DNA of 64,000 nucleotides from the human T2T-CHM13v2.0 reference genome, Homo sapiens: NCBI GenBank assembly GCA_009914755.4, contig CP086569.2, positions 15,360,001 to 15,424,000 of the forward strand, read 5' to 3'. Shown piece by piece: positions 26,455 to 40,870 of this stretch (position 1 is its first letter; each line of letters starts with the position of its first letter). The notes under the pieces were generated by a model. It saw only the letters and a program-made list of their open reading frames with translations, ran no database searches and was not told where the DNA came from. The position numbers and the translations under genes were made by a program.

Positions 26455-27150
26455 TATTAGTAATTCTTGCTGTGTAACAAATTACCCCCAAAACATAGCA
26501 CCTTATGACAACCACTACTGATTATCACAGTTTCGGCAGATCAGGGACCTCAGCATGGCTTAAGTGGGTGTAGAGCTCAGGGTCTCACAAGCATGCAGTC
26601 AAGATGTTGGCTGGTTATGTTCTTATCTGGAGATTCAAAGAAGGAAGAATCTGGTTCAGGTATAGCCAGGTTGTTGGCAGAATTAAGTTACTTGCAGCTC
26701 CAGGACTGAGAGTTCTGTCCATTTCTTGCTGCCAAAGACCAGTTCCCCATCTTAGGTCATTCTCAGCAGCTTGAGAGTTGGGCCTCTCACCCTGATGACT
26801 GACTGCTTCAAAGTCAGCAAGAGAAGGAATCTAGCAAGAGTCTGCTGGCAAGATTGAGTTTTATGTAGCAGAAGGTAAACAATACACAGAAGTCACATCC
26901 CACGATCTTGGACACAACCAAAGAGTGTATCATCATACACAAGGGTGTGAACACCAGAAGGTGAGAGGCATTGAGGGTCACTTTAAAGTCTACCCACTAC
27001 AGCCAAGAGGACATGTGGGCTTCTCCAATATGGCTGCTTATGTCATTGAGCCCACAAGGAGAACCTTTCCCTCTGCTGAAGTTAGACCTGCCCAAGATAA
27101 TCACCCACTGGATTTACTTAAAATCAACTAATTTGGGATCATTAATTGCA
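26455..27150 (-). mobile_element. MaLR (MLT1/MST-like) LTR, minus orientation
   Basis: tgtaacaaattacccccaaaacatagcaccttatgacaacc…ggtctcacaagcatgcagtcaagatgttggctgg…ttcttgctgccaaagacc…cagcaagagaaggaatctagc…cttggacacaacc… = reverse complement of MLT1-type consensus (…gccaccaagat…tgtggtaatttgttaca). Confidence 0.75.
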
Positions 27151-28227
27151 TCACAATTTTTTTCACCTTCTCTATATTCTGCATAACTAGAAGTAAGGCA
27201 CAAGTCCTACCAAACTCTATGGGAGGGAATGGCACACAGGTCTGGACACCTCTATGGGGACCATTGGCATCACCTTAGAAATATATTGTCTATCACAATA
27301 TATTTGAAATGCTTATGCACAAGTTCTAAAAATATAGAATTCTAAACAAAATTATCATTGGCAACTATTTATAAAAGAAAGAAAGATGTTTTTCAGGCAT
27401 AAGTGACCCCAAAACTGTTTCATTTAGAACTTTATACAAACAATATGAAAGGATATACTTTATCATAAATATAAATAAAATGAAATAAATAGGAAGTTCT
27501 ATGTGTCAATGTGCAAGATAAATAAGGGCCACTATGAGCCATGTTGTTAAATCTATTAATTAATGTTAATTGTAACTATAATGTTAACATAATATTAAAA
27601 TGTTATTCCAAAAAGTAAGCTGCAATAGAAATATTAAAATCAATAAGGGATGAGATGTAAGGAAGGGCCTTCACCAGGTTGGGTACATTAATACAATTAT
27701 CTCATGCAGAAAGAGGATAAAAGCTATGAAGTTTACTAGAAAGTTAGAAAATCTGAATATTTTAAAGAGCAAGTGGAAAAAGTAAGGAAGCTAAGCCAAC
27801 AATGAATAGCATCCCCAGAGGCCAGAAAATAAGAAGAAAAAAAAGAAGTCAGCTAAAGGTCAGGGTTAAAAAATGGAAAATACAATTGAGATAGTAGAAA
27901 TATGCCCATTTATCTGTTATCACACTAGACATGAAAAGCTAAACTTCCCTATTAAAATGGCACAGACACTCAGGTTGAATTAAAACTAAATAAAATGATA
28001 ATCCAGCTTTAAACTATTTAATAGTGATACATCTACGAAAACTTTTTGAAAATAATGGAAATGAAACTTGCATACCATAATAGCAATAACCAAAATTAAG
28101 TTGATTGCAATAGAATTGAAGACAAAAGTAAGTAACAAAAGTTTAGGAATTTAATATCATAAGAAAAACATGCCATCAGATATCCATAATAATCAAAAAC
28201 TCATTACATTGTGACTAAGAAGAGAGT

Positions 28228-28522
28228 GGTTTTTTTTGTTTGTTTGTTTTTTGTTTTGAGACAGAGTCTGGCTCTGTCACCCAGGCTGAAGCGCAGTGGC
28301 ACAATCTCAGCTCATGCAACCTCTGCTCCTTCGGTTCAAGTGATTCTCCTGCCTCAGTTTCCCAAGTAGTTGGGACTACAGGTGTGCCCATCATGTCTGG
28401 CTAATTTTTGTATTTTTAGTAGAAATGGCATTTCACCATGTTGGCCAGACTGGTCTCGAACTCCTGACATAGTGATCCACCTGCCTAGGCTTCTCAAAGT
28501 TCTGGGATTACAGCTGTGGGCA
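28228..28522 (-). mobile_element. Alu SINE (minus)
   Basis: T-rich head then gagacagagtctggctctgtcacccaggctgaagcgcagtggcacaatc…ctcaaagttctgggattacagc. Confidence 0.9.
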
Positions 28523-28559
28523 GAAGAGAATCTTTATAAATAAGTAAATAAACATATGT

Positions 28560-28725
28560 GTGTGCATGTGTGCATCTAAGTATTATATATAGTATGTATA
28601 GTATAGTAGTATAGTATACTATAATATGCTATAGCATAGTATAGTACAGTGTAGTATGTATAATAGTATATATGTGTGTACATATATATATATATATATA
28701 TATGCACATAAAATGACAGAATCAC
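28560..28725. repeat. Low-complexity (TATAG/TA)n tract with (TA)13
   Basis: gtatgtatagtatagtagtatagtatactataatatgctatagcatagtatagtacagtgtagtatg…tatatatatatatatatatatatat. Confidence 0.85.
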
Positions 28726-29084
28726 TAAAAGATATTTTAAAACCATATCTGTAGTGGAAGACTTGAATGAACCTTTGTCAAGTGTTGATAGAGAAAGCAG
28801 AACTCTCTTCCACCAAAAAAAAGAGAGTGAAAAGGATACAACGTATAATGTAGTAATTAACAAACTTCATCTGATTGATATATCAATATGTATCACAAAA
28901 AGACATTATGTGTTATTTTTCAGGCATCTAAATTATTTTGAAATATTAACCTGTGATGCAGACAAAATCTCAAAAATTCCATAGCCAAATTCATAGAGAC
29001 AACATTCTCTGGCTATTGTGCAATTATACACCAACAATAAAGGAATATAAAACTATTTGGGTGACAGCTTCAGCTGAGGCCCAA

Positions 29085-29200
29085 ACCTCAGCATCATGCA
29101 ATATAATCATGTAACAAACCTGCACGTGTACCTCCAAATCTAAAATTTACAAATATAAATAAATAAAAATTAAAACATGCAGAATGCATTGGCTAGAAGA
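29085..29200 (+). mobile_element. L1 3'-terminal ~100 bp fragment with A-rich tail
   Basis: ccaaacctcagcatcatgcaatataatcatgtaacaaacctgcacgtgtacctccaaatctaaaatttacaaatataaataaataaaaattaaaa. Confidence 0.75.
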
Positions 29201-30621
29201 GAAAATTGGAAGCACACCGATAAAAAAACAATAAAAATGTTTTAAAATCATTATTTGAAAACACAAGAAGATGACTTTACATCCTTGATTTAAGAAGAAG
29301 CCTGTTGCAAATTGTTAAATCCACTGATTTCTTAGCCTAATTTTGGCTACTACCAATTATTACTGTTCTTGCAGAAAAATCAGAAAAATTCTGATTTTCC
29401 AGGGTCAGATAATAATTTTTGAAATGTGACTATGTTGTATGTGGTTAGCCTCAATTCTGTTTCCCTGGCACCTGGCCATTGAAATCATACATGGATGTAG
29501 AAATACACATTTGTTATTATTTGCAATATGTATTCATTTTCTTCTGTGATGGAAGCACTTATCATTCATGGCTGTATTGCTAAAATGTTCACATTTAGAA
29601 CTTTCCATTTGCAAGAGTATATTCATCTTAGAAATATCTTGGGTGCTACTCAAGCATTGCCAAATAGTATACAGCAACTATATGGTACCTGGAAATATAT
29701 GGATTTATGATTTCCCTAAAGCACCCAGGAAGGAGATGAAGGATTGAAAGATGCCATACAGCAAAGTAAAAATAGGGTGCAATCACTAATTACTATTTTT
29801 ATGTTGACACTGAAATTTCAGGTGCAGGTTTTTAAGAAATATTCTACGTTGAAAATGGATTTTGTAATGACTTTCCCAGAACAATGCATCTAATTAAATC
29901 TCTTGAAAGAAAAGTGCTTTTCTTTGCTTTAGTAGAACTATAGTAGATAAAATCAATATAAAGATGTGACTTATGCATAGATCTATTGTTAATGCCGTTT
30001 TAAAAAATACTTCCCAAGTGATTTGATTGATGGTTATTTAAAATAAAGTCAATTTTAGACTTTACTTTCTTATAATTATAGCTACTATAGAGCTTTTAGA
30101 CAGTTATTTACAATTTACAAAGATGAATTGACTACTCACCTGTGTGAGCACAGCAACTAACACTGAAGTTATTGCTATACCTGGTGGAATTCAATAATAA
30201 GAGGGTAAAAGTCTATGAAAGTAGCCTAGATAAACATTATTGCTGCAATTCATTGATATAATTTTGTCTAACAATGTAACAATTGCATTAAAGTCAACTG
30301 CTTTACTTGTAACCTGCTCTCATAATAAGAGGAACTAGGCAAATTCAATTAGATGTAGTAAAGTACTAACTTTGGCATGTTTGGTTCTAAGTGTGGAGCA
30401 ATTAAAAAGGAAACAACATTCATTTCATTATTGTATGTGAAATAGGATTATCTTCACAATCCATTTGGCACTTTTCATCAACATATTTATTTTCCATGCA
30501 TCCTCCTGTATCCTAAAATAGCTTTAAATAGTGATTTAAAGAAAGATGTTCTGAATATTTAGTAGCAAAGAGAATAGATCAATTAAAATTAATCATTGGA
30601 AGGTTGCTGGTTGATAATTAG

Positions 30622-30950
<329 letters not shown>

Positions 30951-31924
30951 TCAGCACTCTGTCTTTATAACTATGGAAAGTAGCCCAGGTATCAGCCACA
31001 ATGTGTTCCTAGATCTTCTTGTATTTTGAAGTCTCCTTTTAATAGTCACACATTGAAGGATGAAGGGCCCACCTCATATCCTGATTTGGTTTCTTATCAC
31101 TATCCCTGGGGACTCCAGAGGAATCCAAGGGACATCCACCCTCTGTCCAGTCCTCATTCAGGTCTAAGGATGAACCTGCCCCATGGCTTCATCCTACTAT
31201 GAATGCCAAGCACCTGTCAGGATTCCATCTGCAAACCCTACCCCAGTGATTTCAGACCTCCTACAGGGCACTCTGACAAAACAATGGAAGGTGTGGGCCA
31301 TGGTGACTTCAAATTAAATATTAGAAATTCCAGTCTTAAGAATTTTATTTTCTTCTGAGAGCACAGGCTTTATCTGAGCTCTCTCTTTTCAGATCAGACC
31401 CAAAAATTTCACTCTTCACACTCAAGGGGGAAATTCAAGGCATTTCTCTCAATCAGGAGTTGGCAAGCATTTTCCATAAAGGTCTGGATAAAGAACAATT
31501 TAGACTTTGTAGGACTGACAACCATCTCTGTCTCAGCTATTCACTTCTGCCACTATAGCATGACAACAGTCACAGACACTACGTAAGAGATTTGGTGTGA
31601 CTATGTTTTAATGGATATACACTGGAATGTGAAATTTTTATGACACTCATACGCCAAGAAAGACTCTTATTTGTTTTCAACATGCAAAATGAAAACTCTA
31701 TTTGTGTAGTTTGCAGTCCATGTGAATACAGGTTTTGCATGGATTTGGCCCTGAGATCATAGTTTTCCATGTCCTACCATAAAAGATAAGTATCACTTTG
31801 GCTATGCTTCTTAAACACTAACCCAGTACATGGAAACTGCAACAGACAGATTTCTTTAAGTAACATAATTAAAGAGTTTTACTACACCCAAAAAGACTTA
31901 TCTTGAACAGAAATTGGACTTAGT

Positions 31925-32210
31925 GGGGGGCAGGACTCAGGCTTATAATCCCAGCATTTTGAAAGTTTGAAGTGGGAGGATCACTTGAACTCAGGAGTTT
32001 GAGACCACCCTGGGCAACATAGAGAGACTCCATCTCTACAGAAAAATACATTTACAAAGAAAATTAGTCAGTTGTGTTTGTCCCAACACAACTACTGGGA
32101 GACTGAGGTGGGAGGATGGCTTGAGTTTAGAAAGTCAAGGCTGCAGTAAGCTATGATTGCATCACTGCACTCCAGGCTAAGTGACAGAGCAAGACCCTGT
32201 CAGAAAGAAA
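31925..32210 (+). mobile_element. Alu SINE (old, AluJ-like)
   Basis: …cttataatcccagcattttgaaagtttgaagtgggaggatcacttgaactcaggagtttgagaccaccctgggcaacatagagagactcc…gcactccaggctaagtgacagagcaagaccctgtc. Confidence 0.85.
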
Positions 32211-32400
32211 GAGAAAGAGAGAAAAGAGAGGAGAGAGAGACAGGAAGAAAGGAAGCAAGGCAGGAAGGGAGGAAGAAAGGAAGGAAGGGAGGAAGGAAGG
32301 AAACAAGGAAGGAATGAAGGAAACGGCAGAAAAGATCGCAAGAAAGAGAAAGAATGAATGAAAAGAAGAAAGAAAAAGAAATTAGTCCTAGAATCAGAAA
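32205..32400. repeat. (GAAA)n/(GGAA)n purine-rich tetranucleotide microsatellite at the Alu tail
   Basis: agaaagaaagagaaagagagaaaagag…ggaagaaaggaagcaaggcaggaagggaggaagaaaggaaggaagggaggaaggaaggaaacaaggaaggaatgaagg. Confidence 0.9.
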
Positions 32401-33116
32401 ACCTTGATTTCAGGCCTAACTCAGGTGCACCTGTTTTGGAACTTCTGAAAACAAGACCTGACTACTAAATTCCTAATGTAATAAAACAATAATAATTCCT
32501 ATCTTGTCCAATCCTGTGGATTTCTGAGCAGTTGATATGAAGGAATGTAGAGAAAGGCTGCACTCCACATTCTTTCCTACCAATGAGGGTCATAGCAAAG
32601 AGGTTTTATGTGGCTAGGATTTGATTCTTTGGGCCTCAAAGGAGGAAACCTATTACCTGCATGCATTGCAACATACACCTCCAGAAAAGGCAGTGAAGTT
32701 TGACCAGACTTGTTCTCTCTTATTCTGCCTTTGTATAAAAAAATCAGCAGATATGACTCTGTGGCCACAGCTTAGTCATGATCATGGGATTCTCCCCAAT
32801 GTGAAAATCATGCTGTAGTGCTTGGTTCAGTAGCAACTCTTCACTTCAAAGGTTGGTGATCAGTGAAGCTCTGTTCATTTGAATCAACCAGGTTTGCCTT
32901 ACAAGGTTCTCCTGCAGTCTCTATCCTTAGCCTCTGAAATAATTTGTCTGCATCGTCCTGCTACAGATCACCAGGCAGAGAGTTGAGGTAAGATTCCAGT
33001 GCAACTGAAATATTTATATTCCATTTTTAAAGTTTTATGACTCCAAATCTCTTCAACAGGCAGAGAGATTAGGTGAGATTCCAGGCAATTGCTCACTTAA
33101 AAATGTTATGATTCCA

Positions 33117-33440
33117 GGCCAAGCATGGTGGCTCACGCTTGTAATTCCAGCACTTAGGGAGGCTTACGTGGGTGGATCACTTGAGGCCAGGAATTTGAGA
33201 TGAGCCTGGGCAACATGGTGAAACTCCATCCCTATAAACAACACAAAAAAATAACTGGGCGTGGTGGCATGTATCTACGGTCGCAGCAATTTGGGAGGCT
33301 GAGGTGGGAGGATAGCTTGAGCTCAGGGAACAGAGGTTGCAGTGAGATGAGACCATCCCGTGGCACTCCAGGCTCAGTAACAGAGTGAGACCCTGCTAAA
33401 AATAAAAAATAGGAAAAAAAAAAAAAAAAAAAGACTTGAC
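33117..33440 (+). mobile_element. Alu SINE (first of a head-to-tail tandem pair)
   Basis: ggccaagcatggtggctcacgcttgtaattccagcac…ggaggctgaggtgggaggatagcttgagc… A-rich tail. Confidence 0.9.
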
Positions 33441-33442
33441 TC

Positions 33443-33755
33443 CGTGGCTCAAGCCTGTAATTCCAGCACTTTGGGAGGCCGAGGCGGGTGGATCACAAGG
33501 TCAGGAGTTCAAGATCAGCCTTAGAAAGACGGTGAAACCTTGACTCTACTAAAAGTACAAAAAAAATTATTAGCAGGGCATGGTGGTAGGTGCCTGTAAT
33601 CCCAGCTACTCAGGAGGCTGAGGCAGAGAATTGCTTAAACCCAGGAGGCGGAGCATTCAGTGAGCCAAAATCGCTCCACTGCACTCCAGTCTGGTTGACA
33701 GAGCAAAACTCTGTCTCAACAAAAAAAAAAAAAAAAAAAAAAAAAAGGATTCCAA
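33443..33755 (+). mobile_element. Alu SINE (second of the tandem pair) with A26 tail
   Basis: gacttgactccgtggctcaagcctgtaattccagcactttgggaggccgaggcgggtggatcac…gcactccagtctggttgacagagcaaaactctgtctcaacaaaaaaaaaaaaaaaaaaaaaaaaaa. Confidence 0.9.
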
Positions 33756-34267
33756 ATTTTTCTATGTTGTTTTTGTTTTAGTGCTTTAAATTTTTTAAAT
33801 ATTTTATGTTCACTTTTATTTATTTTTTTCCACTTAACTTTTATATTTTGTTGAAAAAAAATTTCCAACTCCCCAGTCAACTTTTAAAAATATTTTTGAC
33901 ACGCAATCTCTAACTCTACTACCTTGAAAAACTGTGGTGACATAGACCCTCTACTTGGAATTTATGGCACTAAGCAAACCCACCTATAAATACCACGTAT
34001 GTTAATTGTGTAAAATACAATGCCTGAGGGATAATGAAGAATTTTCAGGGTGTTCAATTTCTCAGGTTGTCTATAATTTTAGTCTCAGTGCTTAATAAGC
34101 AATAAACACATAGAGGACTCCTGGCACACTTAACAAAAATAATTAGTTGAAATAAATGATCTTATTTTTTAAGGCACAGAGAACCTACAGAAAAAGTTTT
34201 GTGTACTCTCAACTTAAAATTTATTTAAGAAGGAATGCCTTCTCAGGTTGGAAGATCCCATTAGGTC

Positions 34268-34340
34268 CAAGTGGAGACCAGGCCCGCCTCGGCCTCCCAA
34301 AGTGTTGGGATTATAGGCATGAGCCACCGCGCCTGGCCCC
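34268..34340 (-). mobile_element. Alu fragment (~70 bp, minus)
   Basis: ggcctcccaaagtgttgggattataggcatgagccaccgcgcctggccc. Confidence 0.8.
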
Positions 34341-35429
34341 CAGAATTTTTAAATTGATTCTTCATGGAATTTTTCTTGTTTCAATTTCCTAGAAAAAGTT
34401 GTGGTGTGCTTTCTTTCTTCTCTGATAGCCATGAAATCAAATTTCTAAATGATGCCAAACAGGGAGTTGGAAAATTAAAAAAAAAAGTCATTTATACTGG
34501 TTGAAGTCCAGCCCAAATTGAGACTGACTTAATGGCTAGACCAAATTGGTTGTTCAATGTCAAGGTCTATCAAAGCAAACTGAGTGTACTTCCCTTTCAG
34601 ATGACTGCAGACTTATTAAGAGAGCTGATCCATTTCTAAAAAACAACAAAAACAACCCCAACTCCCCAACAACTTCGAATTTGTGTTTTGTCTGACATAC
34701 CAATCTCCTGTCTTGGTTTTAGATTATGTTGGATAAATCCGCAGTATCTTTCACGATTATGTTTCTTTTGGCTCTATATAAGTTTGTTTGGAGGATTGTT
34801 GTTGAGTATTTCAACACATGGTTTAGTAAGAAAATCTTCTGGGTGTGAGAATAGAATATGACTGGTGATTTGTCCTTTTATCCCATTTTTCAGTTTATCT
34901 CAAGGGAAAGCACTCTTCCAAATAAGAATATTGCTATATATTTGCTTATCTTGGAAGAAGCCCCTCTGGAAATTAAAAGGGCAACATGGTGAACACTCAT
35001 CAGTTTTGCAACCATTAAAGTGAAGTGGATTCGCTTTGGGCTATTTGTTTTTCTTGACACTTATTTTTCTTGAATTCTCTCTGAGGCCTTGATTGACACT
35101 CCCTTAAAATATGTAACACTCAGAAAGATTCAGGGCAGATAAAACCAATTCCAGCCAAATGGTAAAAACCAAAGCAGAATGGGAAAATCTGGTTAACAAC
35201 TAAAACTTCCTCACATACTCAATTTCAGTCCCAATGTCAATGACAAATGCAACCTGCAAAGAAGTCAATCTTAGGACATCCACAAAGAGCTCAGTATTTC
35301 AATGTGCTTCTGGGTCTAAATGTTTTGAAAGTAGGGGAAATGTAGTTCTCCTCATGAAGTGCAATTAAATAAACTTTGTTCACACGCTGAGAAAACACAA
35401 ACACTGCATGTTAACTGCCTGTTTTTATT

Positions 35430-35720
35430 TTTAAGAAACAGGGTCACTCTTTGTTGTCCAGGCTAGAGTACACTGGTGAGATCATGACTCACTGCAGCCT
35501 CAAAGTCTTGGGCTCAAGTGATCCTCCTGCCTCAGCCTTGAGAATAGCTAACAGTACAGGCACACAGCTGCATGCCCAGCCAATTTTTTTTCTTTATTTT
35601 GTAGAGATGAAGGCTTGCTGTATTGCCTAAGATGGTCTCAAACTCCTGGCCTGAAGTGATCCTCCGGCCTTGGCCTTCCAAAGTGCTGGGATTAGAGATG
35701 TGAGTTACCATGCCCAGCCA
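35430..35720 (-). mobile_element. Alu SINE (minus)
   Basis: gtcactctttgttgtccaggctagagtacactggtgagatcatgactcactgcagcctcaaagtc…ccaaagtgctgggattagagatgtgag. Confidence 0.9.
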
Positions 35721-36010
35721 GCTACCCACTCTTAATGCAAGCAATTTTCCACAAAAAGTTCATTGACTTTATTATAATAAACTGATGTGGTGTTGTGGAA
35801 ACCTAGCCAAAGTATTTTCCATAACATTTTTTTTCTCATCGCCTCTTCACCATAGTTCCCTGGTTTTCATCCTCAGTAAAAATTGATAGTTATGCCCCAT
35901 GAATCATATTTAAATGAGAATAAATTTAAAGAAATAATAATAATCACTTTATAACCATCAAAAGGTCTTTCATATCAGTTACTTCCCTATCCAGAAATAT
36001 CCCCAGCTGA

Positions 36011-36451
<441 letters not shown>

Positions 36452-37384
36452 TCAACAGAACATTTCAACTGCCACTGTGTGAAAGTAAATATGAATGACC
36501 ATGTAGGAGTAGAGCTTTTCAATTTGTTTAATAGCCTTACTATTCTTCGTGAAAGCTGCCTATGTTTTCATCTCCCGAGAAAACTGAGTACGAGAAATCA
36601 AACTTAGCACATTCCTGCAGTTAACTTCTCAAATTGTTTCCTGTCTGTCATTTTTCTCTCATAAAGTAAAATATTCATCCACTGCAAATGTTCAAATTCA
36701 ATCACTATATTACTTTTGCTGAAATGTCTACTTCAGTAAGAGAAAGCAGGAGATATTTTAATAATGAAATAGTATAAAAGGTTTCACTAAAAACAACTAA
36801 AATTTTGTGTTACCACTATTAATCCCTTTAAAGTATGTGGTACATGTTTAAATTCCTCTGTCTCAACAAAACAAACTTCCATCATGTTCACAGAACAAAA
36901 AAAGTGCTTCAAATTATATCATTTAATTATAGTTTCATATGTTTGTGAACTATATGACATTGGCTTGTGAAAAAAAAAAAATTTTCCCAGTCCTTGACTT
37001 CGAATGACAGATATGGAATACTGTCTTGATGACTCAGGTTGAGTGAGAATGTCTACTGTAATTGTGTCTGATTCATTCCCAACTGTCCAGTAAGATCAAT
37101 TCTAAGTCTTCCATTGGAGAGTTAGGGGAAAGGGCTGTTGCTGTCATATTTAATAACAAGAAAGTTATCACAATTACTCTGTCTAATTTGTTTATTGTGC
37201 ATTTTGTTGAAATATAAAATTTCTTAGTCATGTTGTTATAAAATATTTAAATATTATTGGTAATACAAATAAGTAAAAGCCATATATTATGGGAAGATAT
37301 CACCAAATTCATTGAAACTAACTTTAATACATGCCTCCTAAACATATTAGTAAAGCCCCACACCTAACAGCTCAGTTTTTCTTT

Positions 37385-37680
37385 TCTTTTTTTTTTTTTT
37401 TAAGACAGAGTCTCCGTGTGGGCTGGAGTGACAATGGTGTGATCTTGGCTCACCGTAAACTCTGCCTCCTGGGTTGCAGCAGTTTTCCTGCCTCAGCCTC
37501 CTGAGCAGCTGAGGTTACAGGCGCTTGCCACCATGCCCAGCTAATTTTTGTATTTTTAGTAGAGACACAGTTTCACCATGTTGGCCAGGCTGATCTTGAA
37601 CTCCTGACCTCAGGCGATCCACCTACTTCGGTACCCCAAAGTGCTGGGATTACAGGCATGAGCCAAGGTGCCTGGCCACA
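37385..37680 (-). mobile_element. Alu SINE (minus)
   Basis: t-rich head; …ggctggagtgacaatggtgtgatcttggctcaccgtaaactctgcctcctggg…ccaaagtgctgggattacaggcatgagcc. Confidence 0.9.
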
Positions 37681-37867
37681 GCTCAGTTTCTTCTAGGCCC
37701 ATGTCCCCGTCACTCCCAACCCCAGATCATAAGAACTTCACTCCACCTCCTTTGGAGAAAAAGGCCTCAGCCAAGGAAAGGAATCAATCTCCAACAGCAT
37801 TGTAACCAAATATGCCTATTATTTTAAATACAAAAAGCTAAATTTTAAATAATAGCCACTCTAACTT

Positions 37868-38300
37868 ATGTGAAGTGGTATCTCATTGTGGCTTTAATTT
37901 GCGCTTCTCTGATGACTCGAGATGTGGAGTATTTTTTCGTGTTTATTGACTGCATGTATGTCTTCTTTTGAGAAATGTCTATTCATGTCCTTGGCCCACT
38001 GTTTAATGGGGTCATTTGTTTTTTCCTTGTTAAATTGCTTATGTTTCTTATGTCCTTATAGATTCCAGATATTAGAACTTTACTGTATGCATAGTTTGCA
38101 AATATTTTCTCTCTCGATAGTTTTCTTTGTTGTGCAGAAACTCTTTAGTTAAACTAAGTCTCATTTCTCAATTATTGTTCCTGTTGTGATTGTTTGTGAG
38201 GTCTTAGTCTAAATTTGTATTTTCTCATGGTAGGTTTTATGGGGTTAGGTTTTTGATAGTTATTAAGCTTACAAATATTAAAACTCAAGACTGGTTTATA
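37868..38300 (-). mobile_element. L1 fragment (ORF2 C-terminal region), minus orientation
   Basis: ggtatctcattgtggctttaatttgcgcttctctgatgactcgagatgtggagtattttttcgtgtttattgactgcatgtatgtcttcttttgagaaatgtctattcatgtccttggcccactgttta… = reverse complement of L1 (…ggtatctcattgtggttttgatttgcatttctctgatg…). Confidence 0.9.
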
Positions 38301-39149
38301 ACAACAGGCCATTGCCAAAAAGCATGGGTCCTTTTAAAATGTCTGGCTCCATGCTCAAAGGACAAAGTGATCAGTTAAAAAGGGTTTCACTAGACTTGTA
38401 ACAATCATTTAATTATTTTACATAAAATTACAATAAAACCAATTGGGACAAGCTGCATTTGTGAAAAGCCATCAAACCCCAACATAGATGGAAATGGAAA
38501 AGCTAAACTACAGTTAACCAGCAAGTAGATATATAGATATAGACTATAATTATACACTATGTTTCACTGTTTTATTAATTGGGCATCAATTAATCAATTT
38601 TTTAACTCTTGAAAGGTATTCCATATAATGCAAGAATTATTCACATTGCATCTTCCAGTTCTCCCTAATAGCTGCGGTGGTCTCCTAGACCAATTTGCAC
38701 TTGATCATGACAGTTAATCTCTCGTATTTCAGAATTTAAAAAAATGTCATTGTTAAACGCAGTGTCCATTAAAAATTTAATTTTACAATCTTAAAAATAC
38801 ATACATTATTTTAAAAGGTAATACATGGTCAAAAGTCATTACTAATTATTATGCTTCATTTTACTATTATCTCTACTCTTGCGGTTATTTAAACCTGTTT
38901 CATCTTCATTGTGGAAACCCTCTAAAATCCTATACTAATGCACCTCTCTTTGCATGTCCATGCTCTGGGATTTCACTTTGATATATGAAGTTGGACAGAA
39001 TCCAAGTAAATACACTTTGGAATTCAGTAAATCCTACTAATCAAAATTTCCGCCTCTGACACTTGTTAATATTTACCACCATGCTTCATGTAGAATTCTT
39101 CCCCATAATATAAACAAACATTTTCTGAGGACAATGCCTAATACCTTTC

Positions 39150-39450
39150 GTTTTGTTTTTTGTTTTGTTTTGGAGACAATGTCTTGTTCCAGTGCCCAGG
39201 CTGGAATGCAGTGGTGCCATCACAGCTCACTGGAGACTTGAACTCCTGGGCCCAAGTGATTCTCATGCCACAGCCTCCACAGTAGCTGGTACTATAGTTG
39301 TGCACCTCCACACCCAGATAATTTTTTGTATTTTTGGTAGATACAGAGTCTCACTACCTTGCTCAGGCTTGTCTGTAATTCCTGCATTCAAGTGATACTC
39401 CTGCCTTGGCCTCCCAGATTGTTGGGTTTACAGGCATGAGCCAATGTTCC
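39150..39450 (-). mobile_element. Alu SINE (minus)
   Basis: …cccaggctggaatgcagtggtgccatcacagctcactggagacttgaactcctgggcccaagtgattctc…cctcccagattgttgggtttacaggcatgagcc. Confidence 0.9.
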
Positions 39451-39983
39451 TGGTCCCATCGCCTTTCTGAACAAATTAACACACTGAGTAACGTACTGAG
39501 TATATCCACCTCAGTAAACTTTTTTTTACATACTTTTGGTGAATGTTTATTGATGCTATTTGAAGACATGGTAACATTTTATAATTTGTCCCTTAAGTCA
39601 TAGATTCAGTGCCTTATAGAAATATTTATCAGCTTATTGTTCATTATCCCCACCACCACCTCCAGGAAGACAATTTAGATGTATTTTTAAAATTTGGCCC
39701 CGCCATGTGATTTTCACACTGCCAACAGATCTGTTTTTGCTTGTCTACACTATGTAAATCTTTATACATAAAAGACTAGCTTTTTGGCGCCTCAAGGACC
39801 ATTTTTTACTCCCCAGAGGTTGACATTATCCTGTCAAGAAGGGAAGTCTAATAGTTTAACAACACTATTTGCTGATGTTGTTACTCATTCCTTGTTAGCT
39901 AAGCCATATCCTGTGAAACTCTTCTTCAGTATTTTGCTCATGTCTTTTGCTGTGTCTGCTTCTGGATAGAAACAAGAATTCTT

Positions 39984-40280
<297 letters not shown>

Positions 40281-40299
40281 TCTTTAAAGTCCTACCTAT

Positions 40300-40870
40300 A
40301 GCATTGTGTCCAGAATTTATTCCTTCTGGTGGGTTCTTGGTCTTGTGACTTCAAGAATGAAGCCATGGACCGCCGCAGTGAGTGTTACAGTTCTTAAAGA
40401 TGGTGTGTCCAGAGTTTGTTCCTTCACATGTTCAGATGTGTCGGGAGTTTCTTCCTTCCTGTGGGTTTGTGATCTCGCTGACTTCAGGAATGAAGGTGCA
40501 GAGCCTAGCAGTGAGTGTCACAGCTCATAAAGGCAGTGTGGACCCATAAAGTAAGCAGCAGCAAGACTTATTGTGAAGAACCGAAGAAGAAAGCCACCAC
40601 ACCAAGAAAGCAGATGCTAGCAAGTTGCTGCTGCAAGCTCTGGTGGCCAGCTTTTGTTCCTTTATTTGGCCCCAACCACATCCTGCTGATTGGTCCATTT
40701 TACAGAGTGCTGATTGGTCCATTTTACAGAGTGCTGATTGCTGATTGGTGCTTTTTTTACAGAGTGCTGATTGGTGTGTTTACAATCCCTTAGCAAGGCA
40801 CAGAGTGCTGATTGGTGCATTTACAATCCTTTGGTCTCCACACGACCGGGAAGCTCAGCTGGCTTCACCT
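40300..40870 (-). mobile_element. LTR12-family (ERV9-type) LTR fragment. Covers U5-R and part of U3 with CCAAT-box tandem repeats; 5'-truncated, minus orientation
   Basis: Reverse-complement match to the U5 of the ERV9 LTRs at 52142-53395 (tgtgtccagaatt…ggtgggttcttggtcttgtgacttcaagaatgaagccatggacc…cagtgagtgttacagttcttaaag…ctcataaaggcagtgtggaccc); repeats ctgattggtccattttacagagtg x4-5. Confidence 0.75.
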
